From a virus (lineage: Duplodnaviria > Caudoviricetes), in the IMG/VR virus record IMGVR_UViG_3300030330_005091, positions 32,001 through 96,000 of that record: DNA of 64,000 bases. The stretch is one strand, 5' to 3'. The position numbers were made by a program, and so were the translations under genes. A model generated the notes under the pieces. The model searched no databases. It was not told the origin of the DNA and saw nothing but the letters and a program-made list of their open reading frames with translations. Numbering within the stretch: position 1 is the stretch's first letter; every line of letters begins with the position of its first letter. Of the stretch, positions 1-10,074 are shown in pieces.

Positions 1-1
1 C

Positions 2-844
2 AATTGTTCCTCCTGGATTTTGTGAGGTTCTAATTTCAGATAGTGTCATTTGATCAACTCTTTTGCCTGTTGCTGGATCCGTCCAGCCTGTTAGATGCCC
101 AATAACACTCTCATAGACACCTTCTGATGCCTTAATCCATTTTCCTAATTTTTTGAATGCCGGCACTTGACTAATTTCAATTGCTTCGTTCCATGAGATT
201 CTAATTGAGTTAGAAACCACGGGCGCGTTTGATCTTTCTTCTGGTCCTATATTCATATCTTCTAGAGTTGTTTCAATCCCTTCAAACAAAAACTCATATT
301 TTCTTGCAATTGTATTTTTTTGCATTCCATCATCAGACATTAAAGCAGAATGCTCTAATTCTACCATGGAACAAAACTGTAACGATGGGACGTCAGGATC
401 AATATTGCTTTTTTGTGTTTGAACTTTAATTCTATCACCAACTTTTAATCCAGTTGATAAATCACCTAGCGCAACGCATATAGGTAAATTTACTGTTTTG
501 TTTCTAGCGATAAGAACGTCGTTAGTTAAAGAAAGTGCTTCAAAATCTGGTATGGCGCCACTAGCTGATTTTCTTTTGTTGTCGCCTTTTAAAAACTTAA
601 CTCTAAAAACTTTTGCATCTCTTATACGACCTGATGAATACGAAGTATCTGCTTCTGGGCCAGCCGGCATAAATCCAGACAAGTTTTCAGTAGATTCATC
701 TCTAGGTTCACTCATTATAATAGCTGATTGAACAGGACCATAAGGGCTCCGCGAAGTAACCTGTTTAATTAAGTATTCTCTAAGCTTTCGAGCTTGTCTT
801 GGATTAGATATATCATCCCAATGTATGCTATCTGTAAATGACAT
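2..844 (-). CDS. partial ORF (runs off window start); possible baseplate/tail protein with lysozyme-like C-terminal part
   Basis: Open frame from ATG at 844 (MSFTDSIHW...) to window edge, GAGG SD, late-type motif at 876-883; distal WIKASEGVY...QMTLSEI resembles lambda-type lysozyme starts. Confidence 0.45.
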   Translation of the reverse strand, partial: MSFTDSIHWDDISNPRQARKLREYLIKQVTSRSPYGPVQSAIIMSEPRDESTENLSGFMPAGPEADTSYSSGRIRDAKVFRVKFLKGDNKRKSASGAIPDFEALSLTNDVLIARNKTVNLPICVALGDLSTGLKVGDRIKVQTQKSNIDPDVPSLQFCSMVELEHSALMSDDGMQKNTIARKYEFLFEGIETTLEDMNIGPEERSNAPVVSNSIRISWNEAIEISQVPAFKKLGKWIKASEGVYESVIGHLTGWTDPATGKRVDQMTLSEIRTSQNPGGTI

Positions 845-897
845 GTTAAAAAATTACCTCGAAAGTGTTGCTTAATAAATAGTTTTTCAAAAAAATA

Positions 898-1194
898 TTA
901 GTCGGCCTCTTTTTGCTGTATCATATCAAACAATGAATCTTTATCTGAATCTGACAGTATTGAACTTTGAACTTGATTTTTTTGAGTTAGGGCAATAATT
1001 TTTACTAATTGCTCGTTTGATCTTTGTAATGTCTCAACATGTTTTGCGGCGACAGGACTCAAGTATTTATTTTGATCTGGGTCATTAGCTATTTGTGTTG
1101 CCACTTCATTTAAAAACTCTCTAGCTACTTTTCTATCGTTTCTTATGTTGCCAAGAGCCTCTTCAATAAGGCTATCTAAGTCTTTTTTGCTCAT
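898..1194 (-). CDS. hypothetical helical protein
   Basis: 98-aa ORF coupled to sigma-like gene (ATGA overlap). Confidence 0.7.
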   Translation of the reverse strand: MSKKDLDSLIEEALGNIRNDRKVAREFLNEVATQIANDPDQNKYLSPVAAKHVETLQRSNEQLVKIIALTQKNQVQSSILSDSDKDSLFDMIQQKEAD

Positions 1195-1898
1195 AATTCA
1201 CCGCTGGTCCAATCATCTTTAAAGGTATAATATTTTTTTCTAAATTTTTTAAGTGAGTTAACAATTTGTTTAGTGTTTAGACCTGTTATCTCTCTTAGGT
1301 ATAGGTAAATAGCTTTTTTGTTAAAAATTTCTATGTCCTCTTTTGATTCAAAAAGTATATTGATTGCTTGATAAACTTTAAAATCATTTTCTTTCATTTG
1401 AGAAGAATCCCACGATTTTAATTCATTATAAAAAAGTTTCCAAAATTCTTCTTCTACTCGGGTTGAGACATAAGATTCAGTTGTTGATAAAAATTCTTCT
1501 TCATAGTTTTTAGGTATATTGCCAATATCAACTTCTCTTTTGTTTCGTTTTTGTTGGCGCTTAACTTTGTGTATAAACCAGTTTTTAGTGATTACTGAAA
1601 AGTATGAGAACGCCTTTGAGCCTTTTGCTGGATCATATTTATCCAGTATGGTCATTAGCCACACTTTACATTCATCACGTAGATAATCAATATTAGGTAA
1701 ATTTGTAAACTTATATGTAAAAACAATTTTGTCCACCATTTCATTAAATGCTGGCTCTATCCAGTTAACATACAGTTGTGTTCTTTCGCGGGAACAATTT
1801 GTTAAACAATATTTTATAATTGCATCTTCGTGATCTTGTGTAAAATAGTGATTTTTGTTTCTACTACGTCTTCTTCTAGTTCTTTTTTTAGTTGTCAT
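1191..1898 (-). CDS. phage RNA polymerase sigma factor (sigma70 region-2-like, T4 gp55-type)
   Basis: LDKYDPAKGSKAFSYFSVITKNWF matches region 2 pattern FDPxKGxxFxxY; C-terminal HTH-like segment. Confidence 0.75.
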   Translation of the reverse strand: MTTKKRTRRRRSRNKNHYFTQDHEDAIIKYCLTNCSRERTQLYVNWIEPAFNEMVDKIVFTYKFTNLPNIDYLRDECKVWLMTILDKYDPAKGSKAFSYFSVITKNWFIHKVKRQQKRNKREVDIGNIPKNYEEEFLSTTESYVSTRVEEEFWKLFYNELKSWDSSQMKENDFKVYQAINILFESKEDIEIFNKKAIYLYLREITGLNTKQIVNSLKKFRKKYYTFKDDWTSGEL

Positions 1899-2223
1899 TT
1901 TCTATAAATTCTTCTTCTGTTATCGCCGGCGCTTCTTCCTCATCTGTTAATGAATATATAAACTCAAATGATTCCATCTGACTACTAAAGTCTCTTGCGT
2001 GCTGCAATAAGCTTTGTAATGTCTGGTCTCCATAAAACATTTCCATTTCATATACATTTTTTGTGTGGTCCAAAAAAGAATTAATCATATCCTGCAAATC
2101 TCCTAATTCTTCTGATACCAATAAAAGTCTAGCTATAGCTGCTCTAACATAAACTACAAGACCAACATTAATTATAACTGACAAAATTAAAAATGCAGAC
2201 AGTATTATCTCAAGTCGGCTCAT
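1888..2223 (-). CDS. membrane-anchored hypothetical protein
   Basis: N-terminal hydrophobic helix. Confidence 0.65.
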   Translation of the reverse strand: MSRLEIILSAFLILSVIINVGLVVYVRAAIARLLLVSEELGDLQDMINSFLDHTKNVYEMEMFYGDQTLQSLLQHARDFSSQMESFEFIYSLTDEEEAPAITEEEFIENDN

Positions 2224-2482
2224 AATCTTTGCTTTTAGCTTCCTTTTTTTGTTGATTTAAGATTTCTCTATTTTTTTCAATATATTCTTTTGTTATAGTT
2301 CCTACAGATTGTTCACCAGCATTTTTACTTTTATTGGGAACTATAAAAGAATTTTTACCGAATACTTTATTAAGCGATCCAGTAGCCTCACACAGAATAC
2401 AGGTGTGCGGAGTATCACCAATAGTTAACATGTAACTATGAGACTCACCACACGCTTGACATTCGTAAGTGTAACGCGGCAT
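2210..2482 (-). CDS. FmdB-family zinc-ribbon protein
   Basis: MPRYTYECQACG...CILC pattern. Confidence 0.75.
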   Translation of the reverse strand: MPRYTYECQACGESHSYMLTIGDTPHTCILCEATGSLNKVFGKNSFIVPNKSKNAGEQSVGTITKEYIEKNREILNQQKKEAKSKDYEPT

Positions 2483-2706
2483 TACTTAATCATATTTTCT
2501 AAGTCTTCGTTAGTAATCGAACTATCATTAGAAAATCTTACAGTTGGCGGATTCTGGACAACTAGTCCATTATCTCCCTCTATTAATTCAAATCCCTTAA
2601 GAATGGGAACTATATCAATTTGATTTAATAGTGATTCCTGTAAAGCCATCATAATCGCACCAAGTGCTTGATCAGATAATTTTAATTGATTTTGTGTGTT
2701 ACTCAT
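2482..2706 (-). CDS. hypothetical protein
   Basis: 74-aa ORF with GGAG SD, in operon. Confidence 0.65.
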   Translation of the reverse strand: MSNTQNQLKLSDQALGAIMMALQESLLNQIDIVPILKGFELIEGDNGLVVQNPPTVRFSNDSSITNEDLENMIK

Positions 2707-2712
2707 TTGTTT

Positions 2713-3558
2713 TTATTCTCCAAAACATTGTTTTAGGCCACTTTCAATATTTATTTGGGGCGACCATCCCAGTTTACTTATATATTTTACATCAGCTTTA
2801 GAATTTTGTATATCACCAATTCTACTTGGCTGTTCATCCCAATCAACACTTAAGGTATTATTAATTATATTACGAATATCAGAAAGCGATGTTGATACCC
2901 CTGTTCCGATATCGCAGGCTGCACCATTAAAATTGTTTTTATAATTCATACAAAATATATTTGCATTTACAATATCATTAACATGAATGAAATCCCTTGT
3001 CTGGGAACCATCACCATCAATACGTAAGGGTTTATTTTGCCTTATCATCTCCATCCAAGCTGATATTACGGTAGAGTATGGGCCGCCATATTTTTGGTCT
3101 TTTGAATAAACATTAAAATACCTCAAACATACTGTATCTATATCGTATAAGTCAGCGTATAACTTACACTCTTTCTCGGTCATTAACTTATGAATGCCAT
3201 ATGGACTAGATGCGCCGTAAATTGCCGCAGAGCTTGCAAAAATTACACGCTTAGCATTGACTGCTTTTGCAAATTCTAATACACGAGAGGACCCAAGAAC
3301 ATTATGTGACAATGACTCAGAAGGGTTCTCTACACTCCATGATACACTTGGCTTAGCTGCAAGGTGGAAAATATAATCAGGTTTACATTTAAGCCAGGGT
3401 TTATTGTTATGAAATAGATGATGACGTATATCTAATTTTTCATCGATGTTATCAGATGCTATATCCACTCCATAAACATTGTGACCAAGCTCAACAAGTT
3501 TGGCAAAAAGCTTAGAACCTATATAGCCCTTGTGACCAGTGACTAAGCAATTAGCCAT
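2713..3558 (-). CDS. NAD-dependent epimerase/dehydratase (extended SDR)
   Basis: VTGHKGYIG Rossmann motif, YGIHK (YxxxK), LRYFNVY, TRDFIHV. Confidence 0.92.
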   Translation of the reverse strand: MANCLVTGHKGYIGSKLFAKLVELGHNVYGVDIASDNIDEKLDIRHHLFHNNKPWLKCKPDYIFHLAAKPSVSWSVENPSESLSHNVLGSSRVLEFAKAVNAKRVIFASSAAIYGASSPYGIHKLMTEKECKLYADLYDIDTVCLRYFNVYSKDQKYGGPYSTVISAWMEMIRQNKPLRIDGDGSQTRDFIHVNDIVNANIFCMNYKNNFNGAACDIGTGVSTSLSDIRNIINNTLSVDWDEQPSRIGDIQNSKADVKYISKLGWSPQINIESGLKQCFGE

Positions 3559-4525
3559 CTATTTCCTCAATCATTTTAAATGCAGAATCCCAGTCAGTGA
3601 ATCTGATAGCCTTATCATCAATATAAAATCTTGCACGAGGCTTCTCGGCAGTAACTTTGCTAACAAATTGAGCCATGTTGTGTTCTCTTAGCCATTCCCA
3701 CACCAACTCAGTTCCCGTTTTACCATTAACCAATCCGCGGTCAGGTTTCGCCTTGCAAGTATAAACAATAACAGTGTAATCTTTTGAAAGCCTTTCTAAT
3801 GCTTCGTATGATCCCTCAATTGGAACGTCATAAATTGTCCCATCGTAATATCCTTTAGAACATTTATGAATAACTTTATCAAAATCAACCCCAACGTTAA
3901 TTTGTTCATCAGGATAACTATGTTCCCTAATCTTGCCACCCTTCCAGTTTAACTTCTTGAGTTCATTAGGGTTGTTTTGCCCAATAGGAGGGCATACGTT
4001 ACCTGAACCATGTGTCAACTGATAGGTCAAAAGTAGTGTTAACACTTCTGCTGTATGATAGTAGTTTGCGCCGAGAACAACCTTGGTGAGATCGTCGATT
4101 TCAACTGTGATGTCTCTTGATGTAATCATGGCAACTTGCATTCCATTTGCCTGGGCCCATTGCAAAGCCTTAAGGATATCAATAGAATTACCAGAAGACG
4201 AAATACCTAAAACTAGTGACTTTTTCATTTGCGACACAGTTCTAGTTGAAGTTCTAGCAATCAACCAATTAACCATCCATTGCTCAAAACTGGTGTCATT
4301 GATATATGATGTAGCTACACAACCAGAGCTTGGACAAATTGCATTTTTAGTTCCGTTTGATAATCTTGTCATGTCTACAGCAGCATGGTCAGCGACCGCC
4401 ATATTTCCGCCATGACCTAAAACATAAATGTCGCTACATTGATTATATTTTTCTTGCAATTGTTCCCACTCTTCTGTATGAACAACTTGTGTAAATTTGT
4501 CTCCAATGTTTTCAAAATTAAGCAT
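3551..4525 (-). CDS. SIS-domain sugar-phosphate isomerase (GmhA-like) fused to HAD-family phosphatase
   Basis: GHGGN..ADH and GISSSGNS SIS motifs; C-terminal DFDKVI...YIDDKA HAD motifs. Confidence 0.8.
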   Translation of the reverse strand: MLNFENIGDKFTQVVHTEEWEQLQEKYNQCSDIYVLGHGGNMAVADHAAVDMTRLSNGTKNAICPSSGCVATSYINDTSFEQWMVNWLIARTSTRTVSQMKKSLVLGISSSGNSIDILKALQWAQANGMQVAMITSRDITVEIDDLTKVVLGANYYHTAEVLTLLLTYQLTHGSGNVCPPIGQNNPNELKKLNWKGGKIREHSYPDEQINVGVDFDKVIHKCSKGYYDGTIYDVPIEGSYEALERLSKDYTVIVYTCKAKPDRGLVNGKTGTELVWEWLREHNMAQFVSKVTAEKPRARFYIDDKAIRFTDWDSAFKMIEEIDG

Positions 4526-5204
4526 TTGTTATTTCCTTGTAACCCTCTATTAATATTGTGGTATCCATACCAACAGCTATTATACCATAATCACAATATT
4601 TGTCAATATGTTTGTCTACATCCGTAGGAATATGAACAGCCATTTGGCTATTGTCTGTGATTGTTTCTTTTACTTTAGCAATCGCTTCTAAAAACTTTGG
4701 ATTATCAAACTCTGCTGGTATACCCAAACTAGCTGATAAATCATAAGGTCCTATCATATAATGATCAAAACCAAAAGATGCTATTTTATCTAAATTGTTT
4801 ATGCCGTTAATTGTTTCAATTTGTGCTACCATAAAAGGTCTATCTGAAATTAGTTTATCCATACCCCACTTGTTTTGCCTAACAAGACCAAGGCCTCTTT
4901 TACCGCCTTGCGAAGGAAATTTACAAATCTCGTGAATCTTTTGACACTGTTCTTCAGTTTCCACAGTAGAAAATATAATCCCGTCGGCGCCGGCGTCAAG
5001 ACACGCTCTTGTTAAAGTCTTGCTTGGTTCTGTTAGTCTGACAAAGCAGACTTTATTCATCGACGTAATCAATTGGATACAATTATATAACGTTTCATTG
5101 TTAAAAAAGCTATGTTCTGTGTCAATAACGACCCCGTCGAGCCCGATATGACATAGCAGTTCTGATATAACTGTAGAGGGTATTTGTTGCCAAGCTAATC
5201 TCAT
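4518..5204 (-). CDS. HpcH/HpaI aldolase family protein
   Basis: IDTEH, LDAGADGII, GKRG, AQIET, IGPYDLSASLG; start set at ATGA overlap. Confidence 0.9.
   Translation of the reverse strand: MRLAWQQIPSTVISELLCHIGLDGVVIDTEHSFFNNETLYNCIQLITSMNKVCFVRLTEPSKTLTRACLDAGADGIIFSTVETEEQCQKIHEICKFPSQGGKRGLGLVRQNKWGMDKLISDRPFMVAQIETINGINNLDKIASFGFDHYMIGPYDLSASLGIPAEFDNPKFLEAIAKVKETITDNSQMAVHIPTDVDKHIDKYCDYGIIAVGMDTTILIEGYKEITNA
4579..4606 (-). promoter_or_regulatory. internal sigma70-like promoter TTGACA-N16-TATAAT
   Basis: Consensus hexamers inside aldolase 3' end, upstream of SIS-HAD gene. Confidence 0.5.
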
Positions 5205-5926
5205 CTTATGATACAAACCTTTTTGTCTAGATAATTTACTTTTATTTTTTGTTTTTTTAATAAATCTTTTAGAATATACTCAGGAAAAACATTTGGATAA
5301 AGTTTTGAAATATTTGCCAATTTATCATTCAATATATCACAGTACATTCCATCCATTATTGCCTTCATGTTCTTTTGGTTGCTAGCAAAAAAAACATCTG
5401 ATAATTTATATTGAGGGTATTGATGGGGTGGACCGGCACAATTAAAAAGATTCTCTCTAAAATCATTAAAGTATATTTTTTCTGTTGTGATGTCAAATCT
5501 TGTTTTTACTATAATATCGTAATCCTCTTTTATAAGAGAATAGCACTTGTACCATGAATAGTATTGTGCTACGACGGCATTTTGAATCAATTTGTTGCCA
5601 TCGGGGTGTTTCGGGGTGCCTATCGACTTGACTAGTTTTTCAGTTATTTCAAAAAATTCTTGATTATTTTTATGAAAATAATCATCCATAATCAGATAAT
5701 CTTTAGGAGAATACAAGCTCAAAATACTTTGTCGCTCTTCCTCTTCTAGTTGTTTGATATTGTCTTTTTTTCCGGCTTCGCCTCTTTCATGTGTGTGGTC
5801 CCAAAAAGCTAAAAATAAATCAATTTCATGTTCATCCTTGTTGGGCTCAATTACATTTAATAAAAAATTATCATATGTTTGCTTGTAGGTCCTAACCAAC
5901 CCAGGTATAAGAATAGCCACCTTCAT
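5201..5926 (-). CDS. putative glycan-modifying/glycosyltransferase-like protein
   Basis: MKVAILIPGLVR start and YDIIVKTRFD motif typical of phage glyco-island ORFs. Confidence 0.55.
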   Translation of the reverse strand: MKVAILIPGLVRTYKQTYDNFLLNVIEPNKDEHEIDLFLAFWDHTHERGEAGKKDNIKQLEEEERQSILSLYSPKDYLIMDDYFHKNNQEFFEITEKLVKSIGTPKHPDGNKLIQNAVVAQYYSWYKCYSLIKEDYDIIVKTRFDITTEKIYFNDFRENLFNCAGPPHQYPQYKLSDVFFASNQKNMKAIMDGMYCDILNDKLANISKLYPNVFPEYILKDLLKKQKIKVNYLDKKVCIIR

Positions 5927-6378
5927 CTGTAACTCTCAACGAAATCAGTGCAGATACCAAAACAATCCGTTAGATCATCTGTGCTATAAAAATTTGGTAC
6001 TTTTTCTGGCATAACGCAGATACTTTGGGGTGTTAGGGTTTTACCGGGATAAGTCCAAATATATCCCGTATTTGTAAGTGTATAAGAATCATTTTGGTGC
6101 CAAAAACAATGCACACCTGTTAATTGTGAGGTAAAAGTAAAAAGAGTGTCCAAAGATTTAGCGTGAAGCCACAGAAAACGACTTCTTTCAAAAATCCACT
6201 CAGTAGAAACCTCATATTGTGGCTCATCATGCCCAAGCCAAAAACCATCAATAAGGTTACCGCGAATGTCTACTTCTACATCAAAGCCCTGATTTATCGC
6301 TTGTTCTAAATACTCTGGGTGGTTCTCCCTATCAGGATTAGGTCCGCTGATGTTTCCTCTGTGTGATATCAATAGCAT
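5923..6378 (-). CDS. glycerophosphodiester phosphodiesterase-like protein
   Basis: ISHRGN, EN, DVEVD, LGHD, GICTD. Confidence 0.8.
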   Translation of the reverse strand: MLLISHRGNISGPNPDRENHPEYLEQAINQGFDVEVDIRGNLIDGFWLGHDEPQYEVSTEWIFERSRFLWLHAKSLDTLFTFTSQLTGVHCFWHQNDSYTLTNTGYIWTYPGKTLTPQSICVMPEKVPNFYSTDDLTDCFGICTDFVESYR

Positions 6379-6387
6379 ATAACTGTC

Positions 6388-7053
6388 TTATTGAAAAATA
6401 AATTCTCTGGTTTTGATTTTACTAAAAACCTGTTTATCGAGTTGATTCAAATCAAGATTTGATAGATAATTGCTCAAAGTATCGTCACCAGAAACAAACA
6501 CCTTGTTGTTCTCTCTTTTGATGTTAATGCAAGACATAATAGACCAAGGATCGAACTTTATTGACATGTTTGGGTAAGCTCTCTTTATAGAAAAAACATC
6601 AATAATCTTAAACTTACTAAAATCAGAATTCACCATTATATTGTTACCAGACATATCGCTAAAGTAACAACCAGTATTGATAGAAAAGTCTATATAAGAA
6701 TCAACAATTTTATTGTATAAATCGCAAACCTTGTCATAATCTCTAATGAATTTGGTATAATTCTTAGATTTTTCTAAGAAAACTTCAGAACTATAAAAAC
6801 TATTTTTTTCAATTATAACCATTGGAGTTAGTTCAGAATAAAACTTACTAACACACCTATTAGATGTCAATTGATATATCTCAACAATATTACTATTTTC
6901 TTGTTGAGAATAATCAATTACTTCTTTTATCTTTTGTGGCGTAAGGGTTATAAAATCAGTTTTAGATTTAGAATCAATAATAAAAAATCTGGAATCATCC
7001 GATATCGTATAAGAAGACTTTATAGTTTCCTTAAGATTTAAAAAGTTTGTCAT
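6388..7053 (-). CDS. hypothetical protein with kinase-like catalytic loop
   Basis: FSDMSGNNIMV...KIIDV resembles DxxxxN...DxG. Confidence 0.45.
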   Translation of the reverse strand: MTNFLNLKETIKSSYTISDDSRFFIIDSKSKTDFITLTPQKIKEVIDYSQQENSNIVEIYQLTSNRCVSKFYSELTPMVIIEKNSFYSSEVFLEKSKNYTKFIRDYDKVCDLYNKIVDSYIDFSINTGCYFSDMSGNNIMVNSDFSKFKIIDVFSIKRAYPNMSIKFDPWSIMSCINIKRENNKVFVSGDDTLSNYLSNLDLNQLDKQVFSKIKTREFIFQ

Positions 7054-7231
7054 GAGAAGCCTTTATGATATCATGAAATTGGTTGTACTCTGGAACAGTC
7101 AAATCCATTCTGATGTTATTAAGGTGAATGTGAATTTTACCATCAGAATTTAGTTCAATTGTCCACTTTTGATATTTTGGTGTTGCCTCTTCTTGTCCTT
7201 CACCCATAATGTGCTTAACAATGTGTCCCAT
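7031..7231 (-). CDS. small hypothetical protein
   Basis: 66 aa, GGAGG SD; resembles neighbour 7231-7443. Confidence 0.65.
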   Translation of the reverse strand: MGHIVKHIMGEGQEEATPKYQKWTIELNSDGKIHIHLNNIRMDLTVPEYNQFHDIIKASHDKLFKS

Positions 7232-7443
7232 TATAATCTTCCTCCATCGATGATTTTTTTGCTGAATTCCTTAAATTCATCTAAAGTAAAATGCAACCTA
7301 TAGGTCCACCCACGATCCCAATCACTAAGAATGTGCATGTGGATTGCCTCCAGGTCACCAATATTGTTTTCTACTAAAATTCTAGATCCTTTCATTGGCC
7401 AATCGATAGTAGTATCGACGAGCACTTTAGTTATGATACTCAT
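7231..7443 (-). CDS. small hypothetical protein
   Basis: 70 aa, TAATG coupling. Confidence 0.65.
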   Translation of the reverse strand: MSIITKVLVDTTIDWPMKGSRILVENNIGDLEAIHMHILSDWDRGWTYRLHFTLDEFKEFSKKIIDGGRL

Positions 7444-7447
7444 AGTT

Positions 7448-8095
7448 CTAATTCTCCATCACTAGGTTAAAAATTTTATTATACTGATCGCTACACACAT
7501 ATTCAACAACTTTGTCGCTATGTGGTAACACCATACTTGTACAGTTTAGTAACTCTTCTTGATCAAAGTTGCCCTTCAAGTCTCTAATTCTGTTGATGTG
7601 CTTTGCTTTCCAAGATCCTTGAAAATCTAAAATATTCCTCAATACCAATAACAAAATCTCACACTCAACAGATGGTATATAATACGGTGTTTCATAGGGA
7701 ACTTTAATTCTTTTCTCAAACACGTATTCGCCAAACTTGTATGGCAAAGTCCAATAAGTTCTAAAATTATTCATTGGGCTGCTCATATGTAGACAGTTAT
7801 AGGAATCAATTCTAAATCTACCATTTGGTATGGAATGATCCGTAGGTCCGGGAGTAAAGAATGGATGATATCTCATATCACAATATTCAGCAAAACCAAA
7901 GTTTTGAAAACCCTCTCCGGATAAATGATTTTCTGCAATCTTGTTGAAGAAATCCCAATCGGACATGTGACACACTAAATCAATATCTGTATCTGGCTTG
8001 TGTGGTAATTTTGTAAACCCTCTCAAAAAATAATATTTTATATTATTCTTGTTTAAATCATCAATGAAGTCAAAAAATTTATCTTGATGTGACAC
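7448..8095 (-). CDS. nucleotidyltransferase-fold protein
   Basis: YYFLRG...TDIDLV (G...DxD) motif. Confidence 0.6.
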   Translation of the reverse strand: MSHQDKFFDFIDDLNKNNIKYYFLRGFTKLPHKPDTDIDLVCHMSDWDFFNKIAENHLSGEGFQNFGFAEYCDMRYHPFFTPGPTDHSIPNGRFRIDSYNCLHMSSPMNNFRTYWTLPYKFGEYVFEKRIKVPYETPYYIPSVECEILLLVLRNILDFQGSWKAKHINRIRDLKGNFDQEELLNCTSMVLPHSDKVVEYVCSDQYNKIFNLVMEN

Positions 8096-8098
8096 TTC

Positions 8099-8824
8099 TT
8101 ATCTCCTTGGAAAATAGTTTTTTAAAAAATGGTTTAAGTCTTCTGGGGTACCAATACCCCACATTTTGTGAACATAGAAAGGAACCAACGTTTTCCCATC
8201 TTGAATAAGTTCATTGTATACGGGAGCGATGTAAAATTCATTGTTTACGCGGATATCTTTTCTAATCATAGATTCTGCATATTTAACAAAGTCGGAGCCT
8301 TTGCGATACCAATAGATGCCACAAGTTGCTATATTTGATATAGGCTTCTTTTCAGCAACTTCAACGACAAAACCTCTGGAGTTAGTTTTTACAAAAGACC
8401 ACTTCGGATGCACGGCATTAAAGGTGAAGACAGCGGCATCACAATTAGTTATATTTTTAATCAGCATAAAGTTTTCTGGCTCATATTCAATAATTTGATC
8501 AGAATTAGCAATTAATAGATCTTCATCGTTATCTATAAACTCCTTTGCCAGCAACGCTGTGCAAGCTGCCCCTTCGGTTAGTCCATCGACTGTAACAAGT
8601 TTATATCTGCCATTAGTAATTCTACACAAAGTTGATTCTAATCCAGTGTACTCTTCCAAATGCTTCTTTCTAACTAAGAAAATATATTCCGCATCAAAAT
8701 CTAAATTCTCAACAACAGATTGGATCATCGGTTTTCCATCAACATCAATCAGCGGCTTTGGGAAAGTGTAGCCCTCTTTTACAAACCTGCTTCCTTCTCC
8801 TGCCATTGGTATCAAAATCTTCAT
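8099..8824 (-). CDS. sugar-phosphate nucleotidyltransferase (BcbE-like)
   Basis: IPMAGEGSRF..PKPLI, IANSDQ, AEKKPISNIATCGIY, GTPEDL. Confidence 0.9.
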   Translation of the reverse strand: MKILIPMAGEGSRFVKEGYTFPKPLIDVDGKPMIQSVVENLDFDAEYIFLVRKKHLEEYTGLESTLCRITNGRYKLVTVDGLTEGAACTALLAKEFIDNDEDLLIANSDQIIEYEPENFMLIKNITNCDAAVFTFNAVHPKWSFVKTNSRGFVVEVAEKKPISNIATCGIYWYRKGSDFVKYAESMIRKDIRVNNEFYIAPVYNELIQDGKTLVPFYVHKMWGIGTPEDLNHFLKNYFPRR

Positions 8825-9432
8825 TGGGCGCTCCTAAAAAGTAAAACGTCAACATCATCAGGGTTATTAACCTTTACAACTCTAGCGCCAGAATCAAGAG
8901 CAGCACTTAGTCCCTTTGGTGAATCTTCGATTATCAAAGTATTTTGCTTGCTTATGCCAAAATATTCCATCACTTGAGTATAGCCTATTGGGTTTGGTTT
9001 TGGTTCTGGTACATCTTGATTAGATAGAAACAAATCGAAAAGATCATAAATACCTGTTTTCTTTAACATCAGCGAGCCCGTCTGTCTAATACTATTGGTG
9101 TAGCATGCTATTTTAACGTTATTTGCTTTGAGATACTTCAACATATCTATTTTTTCTTGCCTGATTTTGCAATGAGTTCTTATGATTTCTAACGTTTTTG
9201 CTTGTTTTTTGTCATAAATACATTGAATATCTTTTTGTTTTATTATATCAGTTTTAGTTAAAATATTAAGCTTTTTTTTTGTTGGAATCCCATTGAACGT
9301 TGAATAATGTTCATCTAATGAAATCTCATAATTACACACTTCTTTTAGCGCCTCATTTAATGCCAACCTGTGCCACTCACAAGCATCAACCAAGACCCCA
9401 TCTAAGTCAAAAATCACTAAATCAATATTCAT
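8821..9432 (-). CDS. HAD-family phosphatase
   Basis: FDLDGVL, KPNP, IIEDSPKG. Confidence 0.92.
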   Translation of the reverse strand: MNIDLVIFDLDGVLVDACEWHRLALNEALKEVCNYEISLDEHYSTFNGIPTKKKLNILTKTDIIKQKDIQCIYDKKQAKTLEIIRTHCKIRQEKIDMLKYLKANNVKIACYTNSIRQTGSLMLKKTGIYDLFDLFLSNQDVPEPKPNPIGYTQVMEYFGISKQNTLIIEDSPKGLSAALDSGARVVKVNNPDDVDVLLFRSAQ

Positions 9433-10072
9433 TTAAAAGTGCCCTTGTCGCAAGATCCCAATCATCTTCTGTATCAATATCAATACTTTCCTGAGTGTCA
9501 ATCGGATAAAAATACGGCTGTTGTCCAATGCGACTATTTTGTGATAGAATTACTTCCGGCTTGAAAATATAAAAGGCCGAGTTTTCCTCATAAAATGCTG
9601 GTAGATCTTGTGTTTGTTCCATTTTAGTCGGATTATGGTTTACTGGACAAAAGCCATAACTTTCTTTTCTCCAGAATCTAGATCTGTATATATTACATGA
9701 TACAACAGAGTCGTAATTACGCAGATACGTAAATGCATCGGCTATTGTTTTTTCTTTTAAAAATGGACTTGTAACGTGAATTTGAGCAATTGGTTCTTGT
9801 ATTTTTAATCTAATAATAAAATCTTTTATTAAATCACATACTGATACCTTATCGCCTATTAGGGATTCACTGCGAGAAAAAACATTGACATGCCTAAGTC
9901 TTTTATCTTGCCCAATTAGATCTATGACCTCTTGACTGTCGGTATCAACGAAAACGTTATGATTTTTATATTTAAGCAATGTGTGCTTAAACAAAGGCTC
10001 TTTTCCGAATCTTCTAAAATTTTTTCGATGCACTCTTTGTGAGTTGTGCTTTATTGGAATAAATATATTCAT
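9422..10072 (-). CDS. acylneuraminate/ulosonate cytidylyltransferase (NeuA-like)
   Basis: IPIKHNSQRVHRKN, VDTDS, TSPF, TQDL, EENSAFY, DIDTEDD. Confidence 0.88.
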   Translation of the reverse strand: MNIFIPIKHNSQRVHRKNFRRFGKEPLFKHTLLKYKNHNVFVDTDSQEVIDLIGQDKRLRHVNVFSRSESLIGDKVSVCDLIKDFIIRLKIQEPIAQIHVTSPFLKEKTIADAFTYLRNYDSVVSCNIYRSRFWRKESYGFCPVNHNPTKMEQTQDLPAFYEENSAFYIFKPEVILSQNSRIGQQPYFYPIDTQESIDIDTEDDWDLATRALLNEY

Positions 10073-10074
10073 TA

